Part shown: one piece after another, positions 50,568-64,000 of the stretch
Layout: each line of letters begins with the position of its first letter
Numbering within the stretch: the first letter of the stretch is position 1
NCBI RefSeq assembly: GCF_964355755.1
Contig: NC_092674.1
Coordinates: 1,922,001 to 1,986,000, forward strand
Reading direction: 5' to 3'
DNA: 64,000 nucleotides
Source: Antedon mediterranea
Taxonomy: Eukaryota; Animalia; Echinodermata
The notes under the pieces: model-generated
Seen by the model: only the letters and a program-made list of their open reading frames with translations
Told to the model about the DNA's origin: nothing
Databases searched by the model: none
Translations under genes and position numbers: made by a program

Positions 50568-50700
50568 CTCTCCCAAAACTGGATACCCTTTTCACCCAAA
50601 ACTGGACACCCTTCTCTCCCAAAACTGGACACCCTTCTCTCCCAAAACTGGACACACTTCTCTGCCAAAACTGGACACCCTTCTCTCCCAAAACTGGACA
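50568..50700. repeat. 23-bp tandem repeat x6
   Basis: CTTCTCTCCCAAAACTGGACACC units at 23-bp spacing (AAAACTGG at 50575, 50598, 50621, ...). Confidence 0.93.
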
Positions 50701-51296
50701 TCTTTGGGATGAGGCAAAATATTTAGGTTCTCTCCTTCCTGTTTCTTTCCCTGTTATTACTCAGTATTAAACATGTATTTATTACTAATATCCTTTTACT
50801 GTATTGCTGTATTCATTGGTCTAATCTTATAATAGTACTTTCTAAACCTTGAGGACTAGTATTAGACAGTAATAGAAAAGGCAAATGTTTACCCTAATTA
50901 ATATTCATGACTTTAATCCAAATCCATCAATTGTTGTAATACTGCATTGTGCTTTGGTACACAGAGCATACAGTACAATCACTTCTTACTTTCTAAGTTT
51001 ACTAACTGTATAATTCCTCTATCTACTGTAAATTACTACCAGTGGTATCCAATAAAAACTAAAATATATTTATGAGTATCTTGTGAGCATATCTTGTAGG
51101 GTTGAATGAAGTTCATATATGATATTAATATACTGGTCAACATATTTGCTCTACATTTAACAATATAGAGTATCTGGTTCTTGAATATTCTTCGATTCGG
51201 TACAACAAACCACAATTGACAATATGAGGATAAATAAAGTTTTTGTTAGTACTATAGACCAATATTATTGGTAACTTGCAAAATGTAAATAAAAAT

Positions 51297-51418
51297 TCAA
51301 CTCTCCCAATACTGGACACCTTTGGGCTGGCCTATTGTCTGGTTTTCTGGAAAGTCTGGTATTCCGAATGTGTTTCTATTAGTAATGGTAAAAAAGTCTG
51401 GTTTTGGGAGAGTCGACT
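51297..51418. mobile_element. MITE family B internally deleted copy
   Basis: TCAACTCTCCCAATACTGGACACC ... GGGAGAGTCGACT. Confidence 0.7.
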
Positions 51419-54400
51419 TTTTTAATAATGATAATTCTCATTATACAGAACATTTAATAGATAATAATCAAAAACTAATACAAAAGCTACCTGTCTCCTA
51501 AAAAACAGACACTGTATCTCCAATCTATTAGTGAGTGACAGGATTGAGCCTAGGCTTGCATGTAGGTCATTTATGTGACAGGTATGATCAATATAAAGTA
51601 GTGGTTTGAAGGAATATCCAAGGCTATCTCCATTCAGATGAGACAGGCCTGTCAGACAAAATTACTACAAATGAGGACAGATGTAAAATCATCCCAACCA
51701 ATCACAGAGATTGTTGATTTATTATCAATTTTGGTATTGTACAAAATATTGGAAATTTATATATCAAAACATGTCAATCAATCATCATTCTTTGACATTA
51801 TCTTGATTATTGAAACCATGGAAACTGGCAAAAGATGAGAGTAAAATAATGGTTCAGTTCAATCTAATTCCTTAATGTTCAGACTACTGTACTTGTAGTA
51901 TATCTGAGAAGACATGGGCCAAATACTGTAGTTTTCATTTTCAAATACTGTATAGTATAGTAATATAAAATTGTTTAGACAGAACAATGTTCCCAGAATT
52001 ATAGGTTGGTTGTAGTGTTATGTATATTTCTCTCATTCATTTGACGGGAAAGTGTTGCCTTTAATCGATTAGTAGGTGTTTCTAGAAGGGAATTGTCCAC
52101 AATTTACAAAATAAAAATATTCCATTTTATTTGTAAATTAAGAAAGAAATGTTAAATTAATTTTGTTTTTTCAATTGCAGCAATTTACTTAAACTACACA
52201 GTATAATACTAGTATTAATCATACTGTATATATTGGAAGGTTGACTAATTATCTTATTCATAAGCTTGAACATTGATCATCTACAGAAAAGGGTTAATTT
52301 AAAGTCAGGTGTTCTGGTTCACTTGAAGAAATTAACATTAATCAATCCAAATGTCCATGGAGGATAAACCATATTAAGGTCGCATTTGCAATTAAAAAGA
52401 CTAAATTCCACAATTATGAAAATATAACATTTAAATCATCTATTATATTAAAACAAATTATTATTTGTTTCAATTAAAATCCAACTACGGTAAACATATT
52501 TCCCTTGAATATCTTAAAACAAATGTAACTGTCCTACTTTTTAAATTTAAAATTTATATTTTCAATTATTATCTGCTTATATTTCACACATATTTTTCAA
52601 GAGGTGTTAGATGTAATACTCAATACAACATCAAATAATAAATCTTCAATATAAAGTTTTATAGAACCAAATTATATTTTCATTTTGGATATCATTTTTT
52701 TTCATAAAAAAAAATAATTTTAAAACAATTTGAGAACAAAATTTGTTGAAACATTCTTTTATCATATTTGGTAATCTGTACAATACAAAAGGTATTATTA
52801 GATAAAGTGGACTGCATATATTATATATCTTGCCTAAATGAACTGTCTAACACAGAATCCAGGTTTATTATCATAGCTGGTTTCATACAAATTGCTAATA
52901 AAATATGATACATACTATCAATATCATGTTAACACACATTGTTTTGTAGAATAATATTACATAACTAACCCCTAACCCACAACACTCGCTGCAACCAAAA
53001 TCTCCCATTTTTGGGGTTTTCCTAAACTTCTGCCTGAAAGTCTTTTCCATCAACATGAATTGAAAATGTTGTTTAATATGTATTTGGTGACTCCTAAGTT
53101 CCATTTTCTGAACATGGGGAATGAGCTGTTAGTGTACTTAAATCCTGATTTCCCTAAACCTCTTCCTGAATTTCTTTCTCTTTTCATGAATTGAAAAAGT
53201 ACAAAATGTAGTTTTTAAATATTAAAATATGTAACGGTAAAGGTGAATACATATATTCTTTCTGAACATTGGGAATGAGCGGTTATTGTACCAAGCCTGA
53301 GCATTATGTGGTAGTAGGATAGCCAGTTCTTTTCCATACTGCCTTTAGTATAAAGGTAGGTAGTAATTTACAGCTGAGTGGACAATGAGTTCTGATCACG
53401 AATTGAACCCAGGTCCTTCAGTATGATTGATAGTCAAATGTCCTGAAAGTTTTATGTTGCTGTGTACTCATTTCAAATGACTATCATTGGTTGTCTAGAC
53501 TTTCTATATTTAAAAATATATTATATTTAAACCACATTTAAAAGTCTATTAGTTACATTTTGTCAACAACTTTGCAACAGGAAGTGCATTGAACCAAAGA
53601 TCCACAAATATCCACTTCTGCATATATTTAACTACTGTACATACAGAATACGGGGCGACAAAGCTGTCATATTTGGAAGACAGAGATATCTCAGTATAGA
53701 CATCAATTGCCGAAATCTGGATCAAGGGGAGTGCTAACATAGAATAATTATTATAGTTGTCAAAAACAGATATTAAAAACTAGTTCATAATTTCATTTTA
53801 GCTGTTAAAGAAGGGGGAGTGCGTGCTCCTAGTGTTCCCTTCTGGATTCACCCCTGATATCTCCATTGCAAAATGCAGAACAAGCTCTTGTTGTGAGGTT
53901 TACTTCCAAATAGTCCCAATTAATGCCACCCTGAATCTATCTGTTGTCATTCTCACCCTAAAGCTATTTTCTTTTTCACATCATTTTCCATTAATTGTTC
54001 AAAGAAACCTTCTAGTCTACCAAGGTGAGATTTAGTAATGAATCTGTTGGTTTCACTTGGAAAATTATGATAATTTGAAGATATACTGTAACAAGCCAAT
54101 ACTTGGCTAAACCTAAGGGAGAGTGCCAATACAAAGATAAAAGTTGCTTGAATATCCCTAAAAAATAGTTGACTAATCCAGAATTTCCTAAATATTTAAA
54201 ATGTACATTACGCACTATAATGTGTAAAGTAATTTAATTTAAAGCCAAACATAATTATATTAAAACACATCAATGGAAATCAAACACAAGAACCTTACAA
54301 GTCAGTCACTGTTGTCAACTGGCCCCTGAACAAACATTGTAAAACCAATCAATTATGTGACATCGATAATGTTTTTATTACACTAACATAGTTTTGTGTC

Positions 54401-54705
54401 ATAATAATTGCCAAGACCAAACAAATCACCCAGGTTGATTATACATACAGCAAATAATGTACACATGTAGCATTAGCAGAATACAATGCTTTAACAATTC
54501 TACAGCAATTCTACAATACAACAGTCAATGCTTTACACTAAGCGGAATTCTAATAACACAGTGTTTCATGCTTTGGTGATACTGTATCAATTAATTATGT
54601 TGAGAAGTACATGTAAAGAGATTAACGAGTCTCTATCACAGGTGATGCTTAGGTACTGTAGAGAGAAGCGATCTACACAGCAAGATAATACAATGAGAAC
54701 TACTA

Positions 54706-54894
54706 CAGCCAACTCTCCCAATACTGGACACCTTGGGGTTGAGATAATAATATGTCTAGTTTTCTGGAAGTGTGGTATTCGGAATGTGTTTTTAAAGGTG
54801 ACAAAATAATTTGGAACCTTTTGGACCTTAATTGAGAAAAGTCTTTGGGAGAGTTTTTGGTTTTCAGAGAGTTCAGTATTCGGAGAGTTGACTG
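54706..54894. mobile_element. Tc1/mariner-type MITE family B, full length
   Basis: TIR CAG(C/T)CAACTCTCC.AATACTG with TA on both flanks; related copies near 27745-27900, 51297-51418 and 58423-58613. Confidence 0.8.
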
Positions 54895-57800
54895 TATTCC
54901 AAAATAGCTGTTGATGTAGAGATGTTTCTATAGTATAAATGCATTGAAGATTAGACTATATTCAGAGGTCTTAATTTATCAACCAAAACCAAGCTAATCT
55001 AATGTTATATATTATATATAATCAATGTCCATTTACATTAAAGAAAAAGTTATTTCCAAATATCAAAATTATCATCTAAAATTGACCTAATGATGCTTAA
55101 AAGCTTTGAAATTTTGGTTTTTGTAGAAAAAAAAAATGTTGTAGAACATAACATAAAAATGTAATGTTGTATTCATGCTATTTTCTGATCGACATAATGT
55201 GAACTACTTCAGGTCAGAGTAAACTCATTACCCTACAGTTAAACTGTACAGTGTAATAGACAGAAAACCAGACACAAATGTCTGTAAGTAATTATACATT
55301 ATCAATATTAATAGCTATTTCTTTATGATTAAAGGCTGAACTTGCTTCCTATTTTCTATACAGTGACAGATTTTATTGCAAACACATCAAATTAAAAGAA
55401 AGTATCTTGTATTGTGTACTGTCTGTAGAATTAAAATGTAATAGAAGTTTACACAAGCATAAGATGAGTGGAATGGTACTGAAAATACATCCTTTATATT
55501 GTACAATGGTGTTGGTTGTCCGAGTCTTCTTGAGGGTGTGGTTCAAAGACTGTACCATTTATAAAGAGAGATGTTCAATAAATTTTATAATTTACTAGTT
55601 TCTAGCTCTTTGAGAATAGGCAGTTATTGGTTTATCCAAAAACATAGGAACGAAATAGAAATTGCACAATGCAAGTGTAATTGATATTATTTTATTATTA
55701 GTATTATACTGAAGGTTAGAAAATCATAAAAAAGATAAATACTACATAAAAATTATAATGAGGATGAGGATAATTGGAGTAAAGAACAGCTTTTGTGTTT
55801 AATCTATTTTTATTACATAAAATAATCATTCTGAATGTGATGTATATATGCATCAAGGTTATCATAACAATATTAATTGTTATGAGTCACTTGACCTTAC
55901 ATAACCTTTGAATATTTGACCTTGTCTAAAATGTGCTCATGAATAATTTAAACATTAAGTAGTAAATAAAATATTTTTATTAAAGATAAATGATTAATAT
56001 GAAAGATGAAAATAAAAGAATAAAAATACTTTAATTATAGAATTTTATCAAGACAATGCATTTTGAACACAATTAAATTATAGATGTGTCGGTGTCTTTA
56101 GCTTCAGTTGATTAATGGAATTTTATGACAGACTTGAGGCTACAGTGTAGGCCAGGCCGATTAATTACCATACCTGAATAGACAATACGACCAGTATTGT
56201 ATATTCTGCTAATTGAAACCAAACTCTTACTAGAAATACTAGCCAACAGTTCTATACAGTAGCTGTATTATAACAAAAAATGTCCAGCTGAAATAAACAA
56301 ACGTAAACAGTTACTAATAGACATAAACACAGTTAGTAACTGAAACCATTGATGGATGAATTAGAACAGTATAATGAATACTACTAAGGGAAATAGTACA
56401 GTATTGAGGAGAAGTATTGCAGTGTTGTTTATATGGTGAATGTGATAGACTCATTTATGGTGAAGATCTTGTTAATCCTATCAATTACAGCTTTAATAAT
56501 ACTGTTTACACACAGAGCACAAAGGCTAGATAAACATAGAACAATCAAGTGTTAGCAATATCCATAAAAGTCTCATATCATTTGCATTAAAGTATTAATA
56601 GGACCTGTTCACACATAGCCAATATAATCAGGTTTTACAGCCCGTTTGTATTTCCACAAATAGGTAAAAAAACATCAAAAGCTAGGCTAGTTTTAGACCT
56701 ATTTACCATTACTTCGGTTGATGATTCGTAGTTTAAAAGGGCACTCCTCTCTTTGGCTTATAGTACCTAATCCAAAGTCCTTTCATTCAGAGCTAATTTG
56801 TTAAATTAGTCCTTTAATAGCCAGAATATACTTGTGGTAGAAATGGCATTGCGTTAATGCAGTCACTATAGAGATATCATAATGAGACTTACAATTTTAA
56901 ATAGCCTTCACATTGTGATGAAAATAGGTGTCTAGAAACTGTGATATAGATACGGTACTCAGTAGAATAATGTGGCTTTGTGGTAGGGTACCTATCTTAA
57001 TATCAAGAAGCTGGGGTTCGAATCTTGCCAGAAAATTTAAAAAATTATATTTTTATTGATTTCATAATGAAATGATATTAATGTTTGCGTATTTAGTATT
57101 GTTTACATAAATTTAAATCACATCAAATTTAAAATATGGAATTGGATTCTGTATGTGATGTAAAATTCATAATTTCATCTTTTATGATTTGCAAATATAA
57201 GCCATAATTCATCCTAGATTAAGAAGATTATCCTGTGTCAACTAACAAAGGCATTTGATATAATATTCACAGCTGTACGCAAAACCATTCCCTCTAAGCA
57301 CTGCTGAAAATGCATTTACTAGCCGACAAAACAAAATGCTTTGACTCCGTCCGCCTAGAAAAATGTATACTCTAGTCAAAATCAAAGCAGAGATTTGCTT
57401 TTTTGCCACAAATGAAAACTATGAAAACTTTACCAACTAGTACCAAAGGTCCCCACAAGTGCATCTGTAAAGAGATTTATTTCTGCCTGCTAAAATATAA
57501 ATTAAATAGGCTATCTATGCTGGCTTGTCTAGTCAAAAGGGCCGCACACAAGCAGAAGGCGATAGATTTATTTTCTCCACATAGCTGAATCCATTAGATA
57601 GTATCATAAATCGTAGGCTAGTATGAGGTCAATAATGACACTGACCTAACAAGTTTGACCGCACACCCCATAAAGATGTCCAAATCGGTTGATTGATGCT
57701 CATCTACAATAATGGATGTCCACAAGTCACTCATTTGTTCTCATCATATTTCAAAAATCAAATTATATCCAAGATTTTTACATGCTTATTGAATGATAGT

Positions 57801-58422
57801 AGTAGCAGAATCAAGTATGTGGTATTGCTATTGGCAATTTGACTTGCTAACTGAAAGGTTTAATGCCATTAGAAGTTCATAAAGTTTAAATGAAAACAAA
57901 AAGTCATTGTAATTCAAAGTGTACAAGTCTACATTAACTGTCATATATACTATATACTTTACTTTACAAATTACACAGTTTGATATTTTCTAAAAATCAA
58001 TTCATAATCTTCAATGCATCTTAAATATAATTTCCCATGTTCAATCTGTTTCCGTATTGATTTTTAAATGTCTGTTTTGGTTTGAACATTTTAGTTGTTT
58101 TTCATTCCTGATTTTTGTACAGTTCATGAAAGTACAGTAGACCTCTAGAAAATGTCTGTATGTTGGATGATGTAAAAATGAGGACAGATTTGGCATGTAG
58201 GTTTATTAGACATACACAGTGTAGCCTATTTCCTTTTATATATCTGATAAAAAAAAAGTTCTTAATACAAATCATTCAAACACTGACATGACACACATCT
58301 CAGTAGGTTTTGTAATACAGTGTATATCATATTTAGTTATCCAGTAGAATACAGGCGTCAGGACCCATTTAGATTCTCCCCCTATCTTCAGTACTTAATC
58401 TGTTCCTTCACCTTTTATATTA

Positions 58423-58613
58423 CAGTAACTCTTCCAATACTGGACCCCTCTGGGCTGGCTAAACATGTCTGGTTTTCTGTAAAGTATTGTACTCAGAATG
58501 TGTTTTATTTTATTTAACGGTAAAGAGAAATTTGGGACCTTTTGGAAAAGTCTAGTTATTGAAGATTTTCGGGTTTTCAGATTCAAAGAATCCGGTGTTG
58601 GGAGAGTTGACTG
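58423..58613. mobile_element. Tc1/mariner-type MITE family B, full length
   Basis: CAGTAACTCTTCCAATACTGG ... GGGAGAGTTGACTG with TA flanks. Confidence 0.8.
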
Positions 58614-59029
58614 TACAACAAATCACATAATTCAAAACAGAATGTCATAGCCTGCTACTATTTTCATTGAAAACACTTTTGAACTCATCATGGCGGAATG
58701 CCTGTCTACAAAGTAATCAAGATGAACAGTTTACCTTTGGCTTTTTGAAATTCTATAGTTTGCTAAGTACCAAATGAATACCAAATCCATCAATATTATC
58801 GAGGAGAAATATAGCAGAAATGATTGAGTGCTATGATTTTATGGCAGTAGAATCACTTTGAATCATCTGGGCGGCAACTATCGCTACATGAAGAGCAAGG
58901 TTCCGAGTTAATGGGGGATTAATTATTTTCTTTTTAGAACTAATAATAATGTTTTTAATACATTTTTATAATTCAATTCACATTTATTTAATTAAAAAAA
59001 AGCATGGATCTTAAGATCTGCCAACATCA

Positions 59030-59174
59030 CACTATGTGACAAAAAAATGTGATGTGCTCATATATGGACATGATGTTTACCACCATATCACTACCACATT
59101 TGGGCATATCACCACCATATTTGGGTACATCAAATTTTTTTTTGTCAAACTAGTTTGATAGTGTAGACAGAGCA
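59030..59174. mobile_element. MITE family A copy (left TIR decayed)
   Basis: Internal units and right TIR present. Confidence 0.85.
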
Positions 59175-60149
59175 TTACAAAAGAAAAAAAAAATATGACT
59201 CTGTAAACAGTGTAATATATAGAATAGTAATTACAGTTGGCTTTAATACGAGTAATTCTAATTTTCTAATTTGAAACTTAAATTACTTTGGACGATCCCT
59301 TTATAAATATATTGGAGTTCCTATTAAGTCAATTATAAATTCATTATCAAAATGATTATTTTAATTGTTTGAAAATGTTAAACTCATTAATGTTGTCTCT
59401 CAATTACTAATGCAGGCACTTAAAACATCATGTGAATGTAATTCCATTTTAAACACATAATAACACCAAGTAAGGAGACAAATACAGTAAAGTACATTAT
59501 ACAGTAGTTCATACGATAGATTAGAACACATTAGATTTGCAAGTTCAGGACAAAATGCACAATAATACAAAATTATAGTAGTTATATAATCATTGAAGAT
59601 GGAATGTTGGCCTAGAATTGTATGCTACAAATATTCACCCTTATACTGTACATGTATATGCATCTTATATTGTAGATTGTGCAACTTTTTTTTTAAATTT
59701 TAACTCTAGCAAGCAATGAAATGTATCCACCTATACTAATGTATTTTCTAGTATAAACCACTGTGACAACAAAAATGTAATTGTTATCTTTGTATTCATT
59801 CCTCATTTACTTGATTCTCATTGTCATAATGATAATTCCTATCAAAAACCTCTTTGAGAATATGCGTTACATTTATAAGCTTGGAAATTTGTAAACAATT
59901 AAAATGAATAATCTTTGTTTATCTTCATGAATCGCCATCTCCGTGGCTACCACCAACAAGCCTGTATACAGTTATTATCAAAACTGACTACAAATTAGAC
60001 GTATCATTAACAAGAAAAGAAGCTAGCTCTCACATACATTAGGCCCTGTTGTAGTAGTAGTAGACAAATATCAAATATCAGTTTCCACTGAAAAATTCCT
60101 ACGTAGTACAAAGAAGGCTTGGTTTCGGAAATGTAGTAGCAAGATCTAA

Positions 60150-60279
60150 AGTCTACCTACACTATCAAACTAGTTGACAAAAAAGTGTGATGTGCCTAAA
60201 CATGGTAGTGATCATCATCATGTTCATGGGTCACATCATATTTTTTTGTCACATAAAGTTTGATAGTGTAGACAGAGCT
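60150..60279. mobile_element. MITE family A copy
   Basis: TIRs with TAA on both flanks. Confidence 0.85.
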
Positions 60280-63253
60280 TAACAAAGTTTCTATTCTAAA
60301 GTCAATAGGCACTATATCTTGTAAGGTAAAGCTATGGAAGAGCTACTGTTATCATATAGACAGGTGGAGCTGACGGAACCAGTAAGACGGCAATCAAAAC
60401 CAACAAATTTCAAATCAAGCTATCAGATGATAACAGCAGGCTTCTATAGTTAAAAACAACAAATTCAAGTATTTGCTAAGATCGGATTTAGATGAAGATA
60501 TAGATAAATCATATTTAGATCCTATTTTTGAATCTGATTTTTAGGAATGATATTTGGTTTGAACACAAGATTTGATTTAAAAGAACAAGATACAGAATAT
60601 AATTATGTTTTAGATTAATATAATTATTAACTATTATTTAATGCCAAAACTAAATTTTTTTAATGTAAATTAAATAGTAACATACACAAATAATTTGTTG
60701 TAATTTTGTTTTAAACTCGCATATTAATAGTGATTTTTACCTGACTTATGGAAAGGGTTTTCCTCACAAATAAGAAAAACTAAATTTATTGTAAATTCCT
60801 AAGTATGTCACAAATAGATTGATCTAACAAAATCTTTACAACAATGGATCAACTAAAACGTGGAAAATTGAAGTTTACTGTACTCAAGCTAACAATGTAT
60901 CAGAAATAATCACCCTCAAGTCATTCAATGTATATTAAGTAATTTGAATTAAACTTTTAGGAAATTACTTTGCTTATGGTAAAGTACCACAGGGCATGTT
61001 AACAATGCTTTAACTATAGATCTAATTATCTATGGATTAGACTGGGTACAATAAGCAACTTAAGTTCAGTATTAGGCATTCCAGGCAGCTCCAGTACTTT
61101 ACTCAATCATGGATCTCTAAAATAGAAGCACAAGTGTACACACAAGTATATAGCTATTGTTTTTGATAGAAGTTTAGTTTACTTTAGTTTAGTACTACAA
61201 AGGGAAAAAAGTAACAAATAAATTGTACAGAATCAGTAAAATCAGATAGCCATTTAAAGGGGAATTTTAGAGAAGTTTTTAAAAATACATCTCCTTCACA
61301 TAAAAACATAATGTAAGTATTTCAATACTGCCGTCAGATATTTAGCAGTTAAAACATTACAGAGGAGAAGAAGAAACAAACAAAATTACAGTTTTACAGT
61401 CTCTCTTGGTTACCAAAAAGTTGGTTTAAGTTTAATTCTAAGAATTTGAAATCTAGATTTATCATGGCAACAGATACTGTATGGTACAATAATCATAGTA
61501 CAAACAAAAATACGCAGTTAATATGCAAATGGGATGTATAATATATTCATTATGTATAGTCAGTGGCATCAAAGTATTGAGTGGGGTTTGTAATGAGAGC
61601 CGGTTGTTATACAGGATTCGCAATCAATCCTCTTCCCAACTAATTAATCTGAAAGTTCTTAATCGGTCCAGTGCAAGTAGCCTCATATCAACACATTAAA
61701 GGACATAATACCATGGTTAAGAGATGTCTTTTTTAACATTTAAACAGAAGACACTCAGTTCATGTTTCCAAGGTTATTCATTCATACATATATATACAAA
61801 GGATAAAAGACAATAATGGATAAAAATGAATATACAAAAAGAAGCTGTCTGAAACTAAAGTTTAAAAAATATTGACAGTTAAAATATTCAGACTATTATT
61901 TTAATTATCAAGAATCCTATCTAAAATCCTTGCTGAATTTGCAAAAATTGCATGAGCTGCAAACAATAAAAAATTATTATGCAAGAAATAATTAAAATTC
62001 ACAATTTTTTATTTTATACTTTATTTTAATTTAATTAAACTATATGCTATTTTTAACTAGATTGATCACCTATTCAGCAGAGGTAATTTAAGAAACCAGA
62101 ATCCTAGTGTACACCCTCCATAAAACTCAGTGCTCATGCTTTACTAGGCTAGTGTATAAACACATTGGTAACCTGTATAGTAGCCTATACCAGGATGCTA
62201 CACACCAAATACCACCATCTACTGTATGTCGTCTGCACTCATTCTCAGTGTATAAACTTACCGAACAATCTGTCCACTTCTTTTGTACTCATGTACAAAT
62301 TGATGAGTCCTGTGGCTTCCAGGAAACAGCTAAAAACCAAAAATAGTCTGAAAAACATGGTGCTGGTGATAGTTTTACAAAATTCCATTAGATTACATCG
62401 TTGTTGATGTCGCTAGCCTGGTCTATATACCAAGTTTACCGCTGCTGAGTGTGTGGTCGATAAAATGTTGAACAGACAACACTAGAGATTTTGTACACAA
62501 AGCAAGATGTACCTTGACCTGGGATAATGAATATGCATCAGCTATTTCCACTGAACCGTGAAGAGAGTTTTTTAACTTTTTTTTACAGGTACAGATCGGT
62601 AAATAACGTCATGTGATTTATTTAGATAATTTGTTAATAAAGATAGTTTGTTAATATTATAAATTAATAAGGAATTTGTTATATACTTATTCTTAAGTAG
62701 GCTACTTCAAACATGGCTTTGGTAGTAAGTACGGTACTTATCGTACGAATAGAGGTAATATTAAAACATCTTGGAGTCTTGTATATTGTTATTCCTGTTG
62801 TTCTTTTGATATTCCTCATAACATTAACTTCATCATATAGGTTAAATATTGTTCGATATTTACCATTATCTTGTTTTTACTATTTATTTTTCTTGTATAA
62901 TTTGCTTCTTATTTAAGACTTAAATGTTATTTTTGATACTTTTATTTTTGTTTTTATATTGCCTTGTAAATGAACGCACCGTGTGCCGCTGATACAAAAT
63001 CATTTGTTCAATAAAGTTCAGTTTATCCTCATTCGTTATTAATATCTATAAAAGATGGGCTTCTTTTCGAGATTACTTTGCAAAAAGGAGAGTGCTTCTT
63101 TTTGAGGTTTTATACGGTAATGTAGAACAAATAACTATATTGTATAATGTATTTAATTTATGTATATTGTGCGATACACTTTTTTTCTGTAATTCTGTTG
63201 AAAAGCTGTGTAATTTGTTACATATACCAACATACCCAAATCATATCTTTACG

Positions 63254-63465
63254 TTTAGTTTACGTACGTTTTAACCCTAAGTTTAAGAATATGGACTATA
63301 GAGGGCGATATAATATTTTCGGATATTAGTGAGTACTCTATTCGCGGCAAACCTTTCCTTTAGTTTACGTACGTTTTAACCCTAAGTTTAAGAATATGGA
63401 CTATAGAGGGAGATATAATATTTTCGGATATTAGTAAGTACTCTATTCGCGGCAAACCTTTCCTT
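63254..63465. repeat. 105-bp near-perfect tandem duplication
   Basis: TTTAGTTTACGTACGTTTTAACCC...CGCGGCAAACCTTTCC at 63254 and 63359, differing at about two positions. Confidence 0.93.
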
Positions 63466-64000
63466 AAATAAAAAGATGTTACATGTTTATATTAGATAAA
63501 TTATAGTTTGCTGTTTATTACTATAAATATGGTGCTTTTTATTCAACTTACAACACATTTAATTGTCATACTATTTTAAAAGATACACACTCTTGTCGAA
63601 TCTTATTGACAGGAATTCAATGTTTACTCACCAGCAGTGACAGATCCCACCGACAAAACTATATTTGTGTATTTAGGTCAACGGGCGTTCATAACTGTCT
63701 ATAAGAGTGGATCTGCCATTGCCTACCTGCCATCAGTTGTGGACCTGCTGCATTAAGGAGGGACTGATGACGACGTTAGCTAAAGGAATTGTAGCAAACA
63801 ATACAGGAATTTCCTAGGCATATTCAGCGTAAGTAAATGCTTGGTGGTAATCTATTACTTTGATTATTTATTATTTAATTCAACATTATAATTCACAACA
63901 ATTACAACCTTGGCATTACAATAATTGCATTGGCCTGTATAATTTCAGAAATGTACGTACCTCACCGATCTACTCCCCCGGGGGGGGGGTCACTCCTGTC

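Noticed and set aside
56971-57030. tRNA-like A box and B box (GGTTCGAATC); similar fragments near 35385, 41190 and 53400
   Set aside because: No complete cloverleaf; most likely decayed SINE heads rather than tRNA genes.
60040-60150. LYYVG peptide as a candidate RYK WIF exon
   Set aside because: The true exon is at 37841-37968 and the rest of this frame has no WIF similarity.
63626-63680. Minus-strand GTGAGT donor as a candidate RYK exon 1
   Set aside because: The phase-1 frame has a stop about 16 codons upstream, with no signal peptide or WIF start.
63966-64000. CCCCCGGGGGGGGGG..CACTC at the window end
   Set aside because: Probably the start of a repeat element, but it is truncated by the window and cannot be classified.

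Overview
This is AT-rich, intron-containing eukaryotic genomic DNA from an invertebrate animal. A deuterostome such as an echinoderm is plausible but is an inference. Four protein-coding genes can be built exon by exon with phase-consistent GT-AG introns. (1) DHRS1-like short-chain dehydrogenase (+, 8 coding exons, 315 aa). (2) RSRC1/SRrp53-like RS-domain splicing factor (+, 6 coding exons, 297 aa). (3) Single-exon four-jointed/FJX1 Golgi kinase (-, 511 aa). (4) RYK/Derailed Wnt-receptor pseudokinase (-, 12 exons found; the signal-peptide first exon was not found and probably lies beyond 64000, which would make 37969-64000 part of intron 1). The non-coding DNA holds about 19 copies of one TWA-flanked Harbinger-type MITE, several other Harbinger-, Tc1/mariner- and hAT-like non-autonomous elements, Deu/Nin-domain SINEs, a truncated LINE and several minisatellites. 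I see no evidence for a new multi-gene system. The most interesting signals are local: a tandem repeat that quadruplicates a DHRS1 splice donor behind an in-frame stop, a higher-order minisatellite resembling a tRNA-Asp 5' half, competing donors in RSRC1, and a TAGGC(CTA) cluster flanking the RSRC1 promoter.
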